NCBI GenBank assembly: GCA_013239625.1
Contig: MU053136.1
Span: 700,017 to 764,016 of the forward strand
DNA length: 64,000 nucleotides
From: Lama guanicoe
Taxonomy: Eukaryota
Direction: 5' to 3'
The position numbers and the translations under genes were made by a program. Below, piece after piece: positions 1 to 11,563 of the stretch (positions are counted from its first letter, which is position 1; each line of letters opens with the position of its first letter). The notes beneath the pieces were generated by a model, which made no database searches, was not told where the DNA came from, and saw only the letters and a list, made by a program, of their open reading frames with translations.

Positions 1-422
1 TACATCTTGGTTACTGCTCGTGTGTTAAGCTGCACATGTTTGTTTGTCTCATTTATGTAGACAAAGGCTGCTATTGTTAATGGGAATCTTGGGAGCCAGA
101 AAGTTGCAAAAATTGTTGGAGTTGTTGCCTGGCTGCCTTCTAACATCTGGCAATGGACAGGATGAGATAGGAGATGCAGACACAGAAGGGTCCTAGAGCC
201 TGAGATGTTCCTACGTGTTGGAGGAGAGAGAGCTGGGATGACAAGGACTTCATATGGACCAGAAATGTGTGGATTTCCAATGTCTTAGGTGGTGGTGGTG
301 TGGCAGGCAGGGCAGGTGGTCTTGGTTTGATGACAATTCTTGGGCAGGAGCGTTTGGGAGATTTGGAGGGTAACTGGTGCACTAAAGGAGAAGGGCAGGT
401 GGAAGCAGGGCAGTGGGGCTCT

Positions 423-860
423 TGAAAGAGGGAAGCAGAGGAGGAAAAATAATTTTCCCTCTACCCTTCTAGGTTCTGGGCTGAATAAATAATAAAAGAC
501 AGATTGACAGGAAAAAAAGAAACGGAGGTTTAATCACATGTATACTTCCTGTCTACATGGGAGGTACCCAGGAAAACTAAGAGTTCCTACACATTTAGTT
601 ATCTTTCTGGTACAGAGAGGGAGACACTCTTACAAATGGAGATTTCGCTTACAAATGTAAATATCTCTAACAAAAGGATAATTTCTCAGTTTTCAGAGCT
701 TCTCTGCTGTCTGCTGCTTCTTGAAAAGAATCCTTATGTCAAAGAGGCACATTTGGGGATGTCAAGTTCTGCTCCCCTCCAAGGGGGGGACCAGCTGCTG
801 GAAGCAGGCCTGGGCAGCCAAGGTGCGGTGGCACACAGCGGGATACTGTGAATTCCTTCA
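423..860. mobile_element. Probable solo ERV LTR
   Basis: Starts TGAAAG and ends CCTTCA (TG..CA termini with a short inverted match); internal sequence resembles laurasiatherian ERV LTRs; no clean TSD seen. Confidence 0.5.
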
Positions 861-1239
861 TTTGGCCACCTCGCTGGAAGGGGAGGCCACAGTGAACTTT
901 CAGAGTGGTCCACCATGGGCCCAGCTCTCAAGTATTTATTCATTCAGTTGTTCATTCATTCAAACGGGCTTTATTAAGTACCTATCATATGGACCAGAAA
1001 TGTGTGGTAAGTGCGGGGATGCAGTAATGTGCAGAACCACAGACCCCTGCCTTCAGGAAGCTCTCTGCCTAGTGGCGGAGCTATAAATTAGTCAATAATC
1101 TTACAACTTTTTGTAAAACTGTAACAGCAGATGTTTTGAGAGTAAACTTCTGGGAATATGAGACGTAGAACAGAGGAGGAGATTTAAGCTTAGAGTTGGG
1201 ATGGGGTTTTCACTTCTCCAGGTACCAGGGCGAGGAGGA

Positions 1240-2060
1240 AGTGGTCCTCCGCCGGGTGGATCGCCGCTTCAGAAAAGCCAGGCCTTGGGGATGGGGTCGG
1301 AAACATTCCCGCAACTGCTCCCGAGGGCCGGCCCGGGACCCCGGGTCGCGCGGGGCCCCGGGCGGCTGGGGGGCGGCCCGAGGCTTGGTGGCCTCTGCCC
1401 TCCGGCCTCGCGCCCGGCCCCGCCGCTGTTGGGGGGTGGGGTGGGGGGCGCTGCCTCCTCCCCGGCGGCTGGGGGCGCTGCGGCCGAGCGGACGGGAGCG
1501 GCCCGGGCCGGCGCGGCGAGCGGCGCGGCGGATGGAGGGTCTGGCCGCGGCCGGCGGCGCCGCCTCCTCGTCGGGCCGGGCACGGCGGGCCGGGGCCTTT
1601 GTGTGAGGCGGCGGCGGCGATGGTGCTCGGGCCCCGCGGAGCCGGGTAAGCGCGGCCGGGTGGAGGGTCAGCTGCCCTGGCCGAGGCCGGACCCCCGTCC
1701 CGGCCTTCCTCTCGCCCCCGCTGGGCTCCCCCCTGCCCGCACCCCGGCCGGCCCCGCCGCCGATCCCTTCGCCCCCCGCCCGACCCCGCGCCCCGCCGCG
1801 TCGCCCCCCACCCGCCGCCCGAGGTCGCCCCGCTGTTTGGGAGGCACCGAGGTACTTGGTGCTCCCCAGATGGAGTGCCCCAGCCCTACTGAACTCCCTT
1901 CCTCCCGGATTCGACCCTCCAGAGGGGAGACTGCGGCGCCACGGGGTTGTTGGGGTGCCTTCTCGGAAGTTCCGAATCCGTCCCCTACCGCTCCCCGCTC
2001 AGGCTTCCCGGCGCCCCGACCTGCTGACCGTTGATGTGTGACCACCAGGGCCCGGGAGAT
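1240..2060 (+). promoter_or_regulatory. ZBTB39: CpG-island promoter and first exon of ZBTB39 (exon ends 1645)
   Basis: Very GC/CpG-rich; donor CGG|GTAAGC at 1645/1646; matching acceptor cttttccttttgctgtccacAG at 3121-3122, 44 nt before the ATG. Confidence 0.8.
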
Positions 2061-3166
2061 GCTTGGCTGCTACCCAACAATGCCCAGAAGCTTCCTGGGC
2101 CCCAGAAAAAGTTGGGAGTTAATCGAACGTGATGAGGTGCAGAAAGGGGCTGTGTTGCACAGGGCGAGTCGTGAGACTGAAAGAGAAGCCAGCTAGCTTG
2201 TCCCCTTCGTCGTGCAGGACTCGAAAAGGGGGAAAAAGTGGAACTGAGCAAGCCTGTAGGAGTTACCTGTGTAATCAAGATCAAGTAAATCTCTTAGTTC
2301 TGGTCAAATAAGCATAATTCCTGAAAAGGGTGGGAAAAAGAATGGAAGCGTATTTGTCATATTAAATACCACAGTTGTGTTCTGCTTTGCTTTACTTCTT
2401 TGGGTTCTGAGTGTTTTTACTTCATTCACAGCACACAGAGAATGTGATAGAGCAGTCTCTAAATAGCTCTGGGCTATGGGGAGACAAGAGGGCAGGCAGG
2501 TAGCATGGGTAGAGTGAGATGGGGACTCAAGAATGAGTGAGAGATTTATTGAGGGACTGAAAGAACATAGCAAATGGTAGGAAACTAAAGGACAGAGCAC
2601 CCTTTCCCTTTCCCCAGCAGCCAGTGGCGCTTTGATAATTGTGTTCTAGTGTGTGTGTGGCATTTGGCATCATAAGGGAAGAGAATATACGCAATGAGAT
2701 AGGAAAGCGTGTATTCAGGAGGAAATTAGGAAATTATTGAGAAAAATTTGAGCCAGTTGCTCTGGTAAAGAAGTGTAAGATTTTGTCTGAGAGGATGCTT
2801 CTGGCTTGGCTTTAAGACACTAGCTTCTGTCTAACCAGGCCTACAGACTCTCTTACTGACTCTTAAAGACCAAGCTGACAGTTTTTTCCCCAATACTTTT
2901 GGATTTTGTCGTGACTACTCTGGGCATGTGCAGGGAGCGAGGTCACTGTCCCGTCACTTTTGCTGTCCTTCCCCCCAGCAGAATGGAGCAGGTGTTTGTG
3001 CATTCACTGCTGCTCCCCACGCAGAGCTTGGAAACACGCAGACTGGTGGCATTTCCTCCTGTGGATCTCCTCACCTGCGGGGATGTGTTTGGCCATCCAC
3101 CTTTTCCTTTTGCTGTCCACAGATTAACCGTGCTGATAAGGAGGCAACATCATAGGAGCTGCTAAG

Positions 3167-5302
3167 ATGGGCATGAGGATCAAACTGCAAAGCACCAACC
3201 ACCCCAACAACCTGCTGAAGGAACTCAACAAGTGCCGGCTCTCGGAGACCATGTGCGATGTCACCATCGTGGTGGGGAGCCGCTCCTTCCCGGCCCACAA
3301 AGCCGTGCTAGCCTGCGCGGCTGGCTACTTCCAGAACCTCTTCCTGAACACTGGGCTTGATGCTGCCAGGACCTATGTGGTGGACTTCATCACCCCCGCC
3401 AACTTTGAGAAGATTCTGAGCTTTGTTTACACGTCAGAGCTCTTCACGGACCTGATCAACGTTGGGGTCATCTATGAGGTCGCTGAGCGTCTGGGTATGG
3501 AGGATCTCCTCCGGGCCTGTCACTCCACTTTTCCTGACCTGGAGACCACTGCCGTGGCCAAGCCGCTGACCAGCACCAGTGAGAGCCACTCTGGTAACCT
3601 GAGTTGTAGCTCAGCAGAACCCACCCATCCCCTTGGAGAACTCCGGGGTGGTGGGGAGCACTTTGGTCCTGATAGAAACTATGTGTTGCCTGGTGATGCT
3701 GGAGGAAGCTATAAAGAGGAAGAGAGAAACGTTACCAGTGACACTAACCATAGCCTGCCTCTGCCGCAGCAGCCACTGCCGCCAAAGACAGAAGACCACG
3801 ATGCCCCTGCTCCTTTCACGTCTGTCCCCAGTATGGCGACCCAGCCAGTCCTGGGCACTGTCAGCATGGGCATCCAAACCAGCACAAGCTCCTGCCAGCC
3901 ATACAAAGTCCAGAGCAATGGAGACTTCAGTAAAAACAGCTTCTTTACCCCTGACAATGCAATAGATATTACCACTGGGACCAACTCCTGTCTGAGCAAT
4001 AGCGACCACTCCAAAGACCCCAGCTTTGGGCAGATAGATGAGCTCCAGCTGGAGGACCTGGGGGACGACGACTTGCAGTTTGAAGACCCCACTGAGGAGA
4101 TAGGCACAGCTGAGGAGGTGATTGAATTGAGTGACGACAGTGAGGACGAGCTGACTTTCGGAGAGAATGACAACCGAGAGAGTAAGGCCATGCCCTGCCA
4201 AGTGTGCAAGAAAGTTCTAGAGCCCAACATTCAGCTCATCCGCCAGCATGCTCGGGACCACGTGGACCTGCTGACTGGCAACTGCAAGGTCTGCGAGACA
4301 CACTTCCAGGACCGGAACTCCCGGGTGACCCATGTTCTGTCCCACATCGGTATTTTCCTCTTCTCCTGCGACATGTGTGAAACTAAGTTCTTTACCCAGT
4401 GGCAGCTGACCCTCCACCGACGGGACGGGATATTTGAGAACAACATCATCGTCCACCCCAGCGACCCTCTGCCTGGGAAGCTGGGTCTGTTTGCAGGAGC
4501 AGCCTCTGCAGAGTTGAAATGTGCTGCCTGTGGGAAGGCATTGGCCAGAGATTTCCACGTGGTCCGGGGCCACATCCTTGACCACCTGAACCTGAAGGGC
4601 CAGGCCTGCAGTGTCTGTGACCAGCGCCACCTCAACCTCTGCAGCCTCATGTGGCACACACTCTCCCATCTCGGCATCTCGGTCTTCTCCTGCTCCGTCT
4701 GTGCAAACAGCTTTGTGGACTGGCATCTCCTGGAGAAGCACATGGCTGTGCACCAAAGCCTGGAAGACGCCCTCTTCCGCTGCCACTTGTGCAGCCAGAG
4801 CTTCAAGTCGGAGGCTGCCTATCGCTACCACGTGAGCCAGCACAAATGCAACAGCGGCCTTGATGCGCGGCCTGGTTTTGGGCTACAGCACCCAGCTCTC
4901 CAGAAGCGGAAGCTGCCAGCAGAAGAGTTCCTGAGTGAGGAGTTGGCGCTGCAGGGCCAACCCGGGAATAGCAAGTACAGCTGCAAGGTGTGTGGCAAAA
5001 GATTTGCCCACACAAGTGAGTTCAACTACCACCGGCGGATCCACACGGGCGAGAAGCCATACCAGTGTAAGGTGTGCCACAAGTTCTTCCGAGGCCGCTC
5101 GACCATCAAGTGCCACCTGAAGACGCACTCGGGGGCCCTCATGTATCGCTGCACGGTCTGTGGCCACTACAGCTCCACGCTTAACCTCATGAGCAAGCAC
5201 GTCGGCGTGCACAAAGGCAGCCTCCCGCCTGACTTCACCATCGAGCAGACCTTCATGTACATTATCCATTCCAAAGAGGCCGAGAAGAACCCGGACAGCT
5301 GA
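3167..5302 (+). CDS. ZBTB39: Zinc finger and BTB domain-containing protein 39 (711 aa, single coding exon)
   Basis: N-terminal BTB/POZ (MCDVTIVVGSRSFPAHKAVLAC), acidic linker, multiple C2H2 fingers with an HTGEKPY linker; recognised as ZBTB39; synteny with GPR182. Confidence 0.97.
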   Translation: MGMRIKLQSTNHPNNLLKELNKCRLSETMCDVTIVVGSRSFPAHKAVLACAAGYFQNLFLNTGLDAARTYVVDFITPANFEKILSFVYTSELFTDLINVGVIYEVAERLGMEDLLRACHSTFPDLETTAVAKPLTSTSESHSGNLSCSSAEPTHPLGELRGGGEHFGPDRNYVLPGDAGGSYKEEERNVTSDTNHSLPLPQQPLPPKTEDHDAPAPFTSVPSMATQPVLGTVSMGIQTSTSSCQPYKVQSNGDFSKNSFFTPDNAIDITTGTNSCLSNSDHSKDPSFGQIDELQLEDLGDDDLQFEDPTEEIGTAEEVIELSDDSEDELTFGENDNRESKAMPCQVCKKVLEPNIQLIRQHARDHVDLLTGNCKVCETHFQDRNSRVTHVLSHIGIFLFSCDMCETKFFTQWQLTLHRRDGIFENNIIVHPSDPLPGKLGLFAGAASAELKCAACGKALARDFHVVRGHILDHLNLKGQACSVCDQRHLNLCSLMWHTLSHLGISVFSCSVCANSFVDWHLLEKHMAVHQSLEDALFRCHLCSQSFKSEAAYRYHVSQHKCNSGLDARPGFGLQHPALQKRKLPAEEFLSEELALQGQPGNSKYSCKVCGKRFAHTSEFNYHRRIHTGEKPYQCKVCHKFFRGRSTIKCHLKTHSGALMYRCTVCGHYSSTLNLMSKHVGVHKGSLPPDFTIEQTFMYIIHSKEAEKNPDS

Positions 5303-6478
5303 CTGGGTCCCCGCAGAGCCAGGGGGCGCTCCCAGGCAGCAGCCAGGACGTTAGTTTTCTGATGGCTGTTGGTCCTTCCCGAGCCGAAGTTTCGGTTTTG
5401 CCTTGCTAGGAGTCCTGTTCTGTCCTGTGTTTAAAGGAGAAAAAAAGAAGAAATAGCACATGAACACTGTTACTGTTTTTGAGAAGCGACGGCCCTATCA
5501 TGTTTACCTCCTTACCTGTTCCTGCCCATGCAGGGCTGTGTTTTTGATTCTTTTGAGGCTGGTTTTGGGATCTCGTCAGGCAGTTGGTATCAAGTAGATC
5601 CCCTTCCCCAGCCTCCTGAGTTTTAGTTTACTGATAGGTTTTATGCTGCTAAGAATCCAACCAACAGCCTCACTGAATAGAGGAGGTGGAGAGAGGTCTT
5701 CACGGTGGGTGTTACTGCCAGACCTCCGACCGGGACAACCAGCTATGAGAGAGATTTTGGGAGTGTGGTCATTCAGGAAAGCCTAGTCAGCAGAGCAGCT
5801 CACCTCCGGCTCCAGTCGCAGCCCTCAGCAGGGAAAAGGTGTCAGGGATGGAGGGACCTGCTTGTTCCATGGCTCTGATCTGCTGATTGGATAGTGAGGT
5901 CTCTTGGCAGCTAGATCCCAACTGGGGACAAAGCTTTCCATTTAGGTCAGAAAGCTTTGGGATGAATCCTTGCCAGCCAGAAGAGGTGTCCTGCAGTGCT
6001 GCCGGAAGTGGCAGTCTGGATGGACAGGAAGGGAGGTTACTCTTTTCTCCTCAATTCCAAAGAGACGTGATTTTATGGAGCGATGGCCCAGGACGTCAGG
6101 CCTTCCCTGTGGGGCAGAGAGGACAGGGGGCCACTTTGATGTAGTCATCTGTCATCCGGCCACCTCCATCAACTGTGAGTTTCCTGGGGGAGAGGTGGGG
6201 ATGTCTGACAACAGCAGCCTTGCCTTAATTTACATCCAGTCTCCCACCTCGAATTGTGTTTGGCCTATAGTGTAGATGAGAAGACCCCATGAAGTGGTGG
6301 AGTGGTGGACTGTGAGCCCTTCAGGACTAAAGGGACCCGAGTAACTAGTGGTATGTAGCAGGATGTGCGTTCTGTCTGCCCCAGTCGGGTAACCTGTTGT
6401 TTACTTTGTGCTAACTGGGCCAGAGCTTTGGCAGCTCACCTTTGTCCTGCTGGAATTTATCCTCTCCTGTCATTGCAT

Positions 6479-6496
6479 CGCCACCAGGGGGCGCTA
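6479..6496 (+). promoter_or_regulatory. CTCF core motif (CCACCAGGGGGCGC) in the ZBTB39 3' UTR
   Basis: Exact match to the CTCF consensus core at 6481-6494; binding is inferred. Confidence 0.6.
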
Positions 6497-9185
6497 GTTG
6501 CTGACAGCTGCTTCAGGCCCTCCCTGGGTGGCTGGGCAACGGGTCTTGCCCAGTCCAGGGGTGCTGGTTGGCTCTGTTCTTAGTTGCCTTTTGAGGGGGT
6601 CTTGCCCAAAGAAGGCTTGAGGGAGAGGGCCCTCGGATCTCGCATACTCACAAGGCAGCACCTCAGTAACCCATACTACCTCACCTGCTCAGGCGAGCTC
6701 CGGGAGTCCCTGGCCTCAGCCCTGACGCTGCCCAGGTGGGACTCAGCAGCACCCGGGCTGTTTCACAAGCAAGTGGTTTTAATTGACTCACAAAGCCTTT
6801 TTTGGACATAATATTTATTTATTTTTGGTTTTATATACATATTACCCAGCATCTCTTTTGGATAAGAGACTTCAGGAAAATGAGCTTCTCCCAGTAGGTA
6901 GCCCTATTCCAGGAGACAGTCCTGGTGAGAGATTCGGGAAACAGCGGCTAGAACTAGGGGAGAACAGGTCACACCTTTAAACAAGCAAATTCTTTTCTTT
7001 CTTTCCCGGCAGTCTTGCAGAATAAACCCAGGAAACCCTTTAGATAATGGCATAAGGTCTGGAAAGTTGAGGTTTGTTAAATCCCTAAGCCTTTCATCCC
7101 CCTTCTGTCCTGTGATTGAGTAGATTGGGGATGGGTGAGGGGATCAAGCCACGTAAAGGACCTTTTTGCATATTTTCTCATCCTTCCTAAACTTAGGAAG
7201 CTGGCTGGGACAAACAGGCAAACCAAAGCTCTGTCCTTGTTGAACCTGCTGCCTCTGTCCCCAGCCCTCGATTGATAAAGCCTCCAGGTTGGAGTGCCGG
7301 CCCTCTGGTGAGGTGACGCTTGCACGATGGGACTTGTGCAAGTGGCCACTTCCACTATCTGAAGCCAACTTGTTAAGTGTTCCCTTGGGACATTCTTGCT
7401 GGGAAAGCAGTGCTGAGACTTACCATCCCTGATTGCCTGCTTCCTTCTTCCCACACTGACCATCAGAAGTTTAAGAAAGAAAGTGTATAAAAGACTACAG
7501 GCAAGTATCTGCTAAGTGTTTGCAGCCAGAGCGGTTTCTCCCAGGTTGTTGGTGAGGACCGAGTTTCAAATGGCAGGATTTGGGGCACTTACTGGAACGC
7601 AGCCACGGAGCCGAGAGTGGATCGGTGTGCTGGAGAAGCCCTTTTCCTTAACAGAGGGCATCGTGGATGCTGGGTAGTCTGTGTACTTAACCTGAAACTG
7701 TGAAGTTTTCCCTTTTTGCCAGTAAACCAAAAAACAAATCCTTGAAGCTTTGCCCCTGAAACACAACAAAAACTGCACCCCCTGATCCTCCTGAGGCCCA
7801 GCGGTTGACCAGGGTGGCCCGGTTGGTTCCAGTCAGACATGTAGCAGGGTCAGTAGCTCATGAGGCTCATTGACCAAACCCCATTCCCCTGCGCGTCCCC
7901 TGTATTCACACCTCAACCCTCCCTTTGCAGTCGTGTTTGCTGCCTCTGCCTCCAGCTCACCCTTTTCTGCACTGCTTTATTTGAAACACTATATCATGGC
8001 TTATGGCAAAGGGCATTCAAGGATACCTGGTAGAAGGTATTCATATTTTGAGTTTTAAGTTTTTTCAGCCTTCTGCTCATTGGGTTTTGTTGCCCTCTCT
8101 GCCCTGGAGCCCAGGTTAGCGCTGTCTCATGTGCTGTTCTGAGGTTCTGTCTGCCCTTTGAACGTCTTCTCTGCTCCTTCTCCTCCCCTCTTCTTGTTCT
8201 GTACTCAGGACCAGCTGCATGATTTGCAGAGCCCTTTGTTTAGAAATTACATAGAGCATTAAAGCAAGCAAGCACGAGGCCATTCCCAACTTTTCCCTAA
8301 GGGAAGACGGTGATACTTTAATGGCACACTAAATGGCAGAGGCTGCTGTGCCCAGAGGAAGTGCCAGTGTCCTGGCACTCCTCTGACCCACTGATGGCTC
8401 ACTGATGCCACGGCGCCCGCTGGCAAGCTCTGCTTACCCTGGTATTTGGTCCTAAATTTTAAGACCCCGTGGAGTGTCTATAGTTCATGGCTAGTTGGGA
8501 AGAAAGGAGGTGGGGGTGGGGGCCAGGAAATGGGTAAAAATTCTTTTCGACTTTCCTCTGATCTGTCAACACCCTTTTATCTCTTGGACAGCCTTTGTCT
8601 TTAATACCTTCTCCCCAATCAGGTTTTGCTGCTGATGTTTTCTTCCTCTTCTGGCTGCCTGCTGTGCCCTCCTGCTCCCCAGACTACTCAACTTTGGAAG
8701 TGAATTTAAATTCCTTCGTAGATGGACACTGATTTTGTTGGCATGGAAGTGGGCCATGTGGAGAAATATGCCCCTCTGGGAGTCCCCACATATCCTTTTC
8801 CCGAAATCCTGCACTGGATGAATTAGGAAGCAGGGCACACAGCGTTTGTTTCAATGTGATTGCTCATCATAAACTTAACATCAGGACAAAAAGGAAACTT
8901 TTGATTTGGATGTTTCTTTTAACACCCTTCCCCCGTCCAGTCCACCCTCCCTGCCCCTCTACTAGCTCAAGTCTCTTAACGAATCTGAGAAGAGTTGTTG
9001 ACGTCTAACTCCTTCCATTAAATTAATAAGTACTGACCTCCTAATATTTAAGTGTTTACTATCTATTGCTGTAAAGTTTTGTATATTTTGTAAACTTTTT
9101 TTCCCAAATAGTAGATGTCTAAAATCGTTGTACATCTGATTCTTTTATATTCCATTGTTCGGCACAAAGTGTGGTTTTTATTTAG

Positions 9186-9191
9186 AATAAA
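9186..9191 (+). terminator. ZBTB39: Probable ZBTB39 polyadenylation signal (3' UTR about 3.9 kb)
   Basis: AATAAA after an AU-rich, TGTA-containing block at about 9000-9185, typical of mRNA 3' ends. Confidence 0.7.
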
Positions 9192-11311
9192 AAAAGGAAA
9201 TTTGAAATGGGAGTGCTTTTCCTATTCACTGTGATCATGCTCATCCCTTCAGAGTTCAGAGTACCCGGGCCATCACCCTTTCAGTAGAGTGTTCTGCTCA
9301 GCAGATGCCAGAATTCTTTCAGGTAGCACATTTTCCTTTCCTGTAGCTAGAATTCCCCGGCATTAATTTGTCCTGTTTTTAGTGGGACAGTGGGAAATTA
9401 ATTCAATGACCCGACCTTTTCAGAGGGAACATCCCTGAGAGGAATCTTCTGTTGGCTCAGAGAGAGCAGTGGGGCTCTGTTGATGTCTGGTTGGACCAGA
9501 GATTTGGCCACAGATTTGTCTGGTTGGTGCCATCTGTTTCGCCGTGACATGGTATATCAGAGTGGAGAGGAGGCAGAGGTCTGGCATGGTTTCATGAGGT
9601 TGATAACAACTGTCCCCTCACAGAAGGGAGACAGACCTCTAGAAGGTAGGGCGTGATGTGGTCCATTTGGTCTCAGAGCACATTGCCCGGGCCTGGCCCC
9701 CGATCAGTGCCCCGCAAACGCTGAGGGTGGCCTTGCTCAGCATGCTGGTTCTCTAAGCCCCGGGAAGTACCCGTGCTGCCAGGATGGCACTGGTTGCCAG
9801 AGTGAAATCTGGGAGAAGAGAAGTTGCAGGGAAAGTGGCTTCTGAGGTAACCTGGGGTGTGATATGTGCTGCTGGGTTTCCTTCAGGGAGCTTCTGGAGC
9901 CCAAGTCAGAGGAGGCAGTGATGTGGGCATTGACTTGCTTGGTTTTCATGTGGACACAAGGGAGGAAAGTCCAATACATTTTCTGCATTGTTAGGTTAAG
10001 TTCTTGCTGTAGCCCCACATCACTGTCCTGATTGAAACAGCCTTCAGCTCTATACCACTGAGTAGCTGTTTGTAGCTTAAGACCCTTTATCAGGTTTGGG
10101 CCCAGTGAGCAGTAGACATGGATTTTTTTCTCGGTGCTCCTGACAAACGGGCACGTAGTGTTGGAGCACATGTTTAATGCATCTGGTGAACAGTTTCAGA
10201 TTTCTGAGAGCAGAGGAGACCGCGCACCAGGTCAGTGAGCAGCTAATCCAAGTTAAACATTCCAGACATACTGAGCACTTGAGCAGGACACAGGGTCTCA
10301 GAGACCGTGTCCACCAGCCCTTCTCTCTCCACAGGCAGGATGGAGAGACCGAGGACTCAGAACAGGTGGGCTGGGACCTACTCTCAGGCCTTACTGGAGT
10401 CAGAGCGCTTCACAGACATGGTCCTAGTTCCCCAAACTGATAAATGAGCCTTTTGCAGAAGACTTGCGTGTTAGCAAGAGGACTGACTTTCCTGTCTGTA
10501 TGACAAGTGTTAATGGGAGTGAGTTGTTGGACAGGAAAATTATGAGACTTGTCCAGGAAGAAAGAAGTCTGTGGGTGAGAACTGACTTAGAAGAATGCCA
10601 GAACTCTGCCCTGTGACAGGATTAGAAGATGCCTCCTTCGCTACCCTGTGCACAGGACAAAGGTTGACAGATGGAGCACCGGCAGTGCCTGATGCTGCCT
10701 GTCCCAAAGTCTGCTCCCAGAATGGATGTTCCTTGATGTTTTCCTCTGACCTGGAGAGACAGGGAGGGATGAGGGGTAGAGGTCTGGAAATGTCCTAGAC
10801 CCAGAGCTGGAGGAAGGTGGGCTCTGAGTGTGGACTCTGGGGCAGCTCCTCTGCTCTAGTGGGAGGGGGGTCACGGAGAGCATCGGCAAGGAAATGGAGC
10901 TGCTTCCTGGATGGTGGTGGTGGGGGGTGGAGAATCCTCGTGCTGACCCAGCTGCAGGGTGCCTGTCTCAGACACTGACCTCGGCTTTACCCACCTCTGC
11001 CGGCCCCGCCCCTCCATCTATCATCGCAGGGAGGATGCACTGCTAGGAAACGCCTCCTGAGGCCTCCTGGTTCCTTGGCCTCTGGCCTCTTGTCCCCACA
11101 GCCTGCATGGTGTGCCGGGAGGTCGACAAGCACGAACACAAAAGCAAAGCTGCCGGGGGTTCCTGCAGAGTGCACTCTTTCCGGCCAGCGTGATTTCTGA
11201 AATGAGTGCGTCTGCTTTCTGCTGAGCATCTCTTCAGCCTCAGCTCCCCTCCTAGTCCCAGCTGGCAGGGCAGGTTTTTTCAGAGACCCAGAGTCGTGGC
11301 TGTCTCTAATC

Positions 11312-11317
11312 TTTATT
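11312..11317 (-). terminator. GPR182: Candidate GPR182 polyadenylation signal
   Basis: AATAAA on the minus strand about 250 nt downstream of the stop codon. Confidence 0.45.
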
Positions 11318-11563
11318 TCACCCTTTCCCCTGCGTGTCTCCCTTAGACACCAGGGCCACGTCAAATATCACAACACAAGGACCTGCTCCCTGTCCCTCCC
11401 TGTCCCCTCTCCCCATCCCCAACTCCCCACCTCCCCACCTCAGTATTTTAAGATATACTCAGAATCGGCCATGAGTGCTCTGACCCTCTCCCGTGCTCCC
11501 CCAAAGTCTCTCACCTCCTCTTCCAGCTTTCTGCTTCGCTGGTGGAGGAGACTGGAATCCTCC

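Noticed and set aside
1196..2045. Long Pro/Gly/Ala/Arg-rich ORFs on both strands
   Set aside because: Stop-poor CpG-island sequence, low complexity
3611..5269. Several antisense and alternate-frame ORFs within ZBTB39
   Set aside because: Expected shadows of a long GC-rich coding exon
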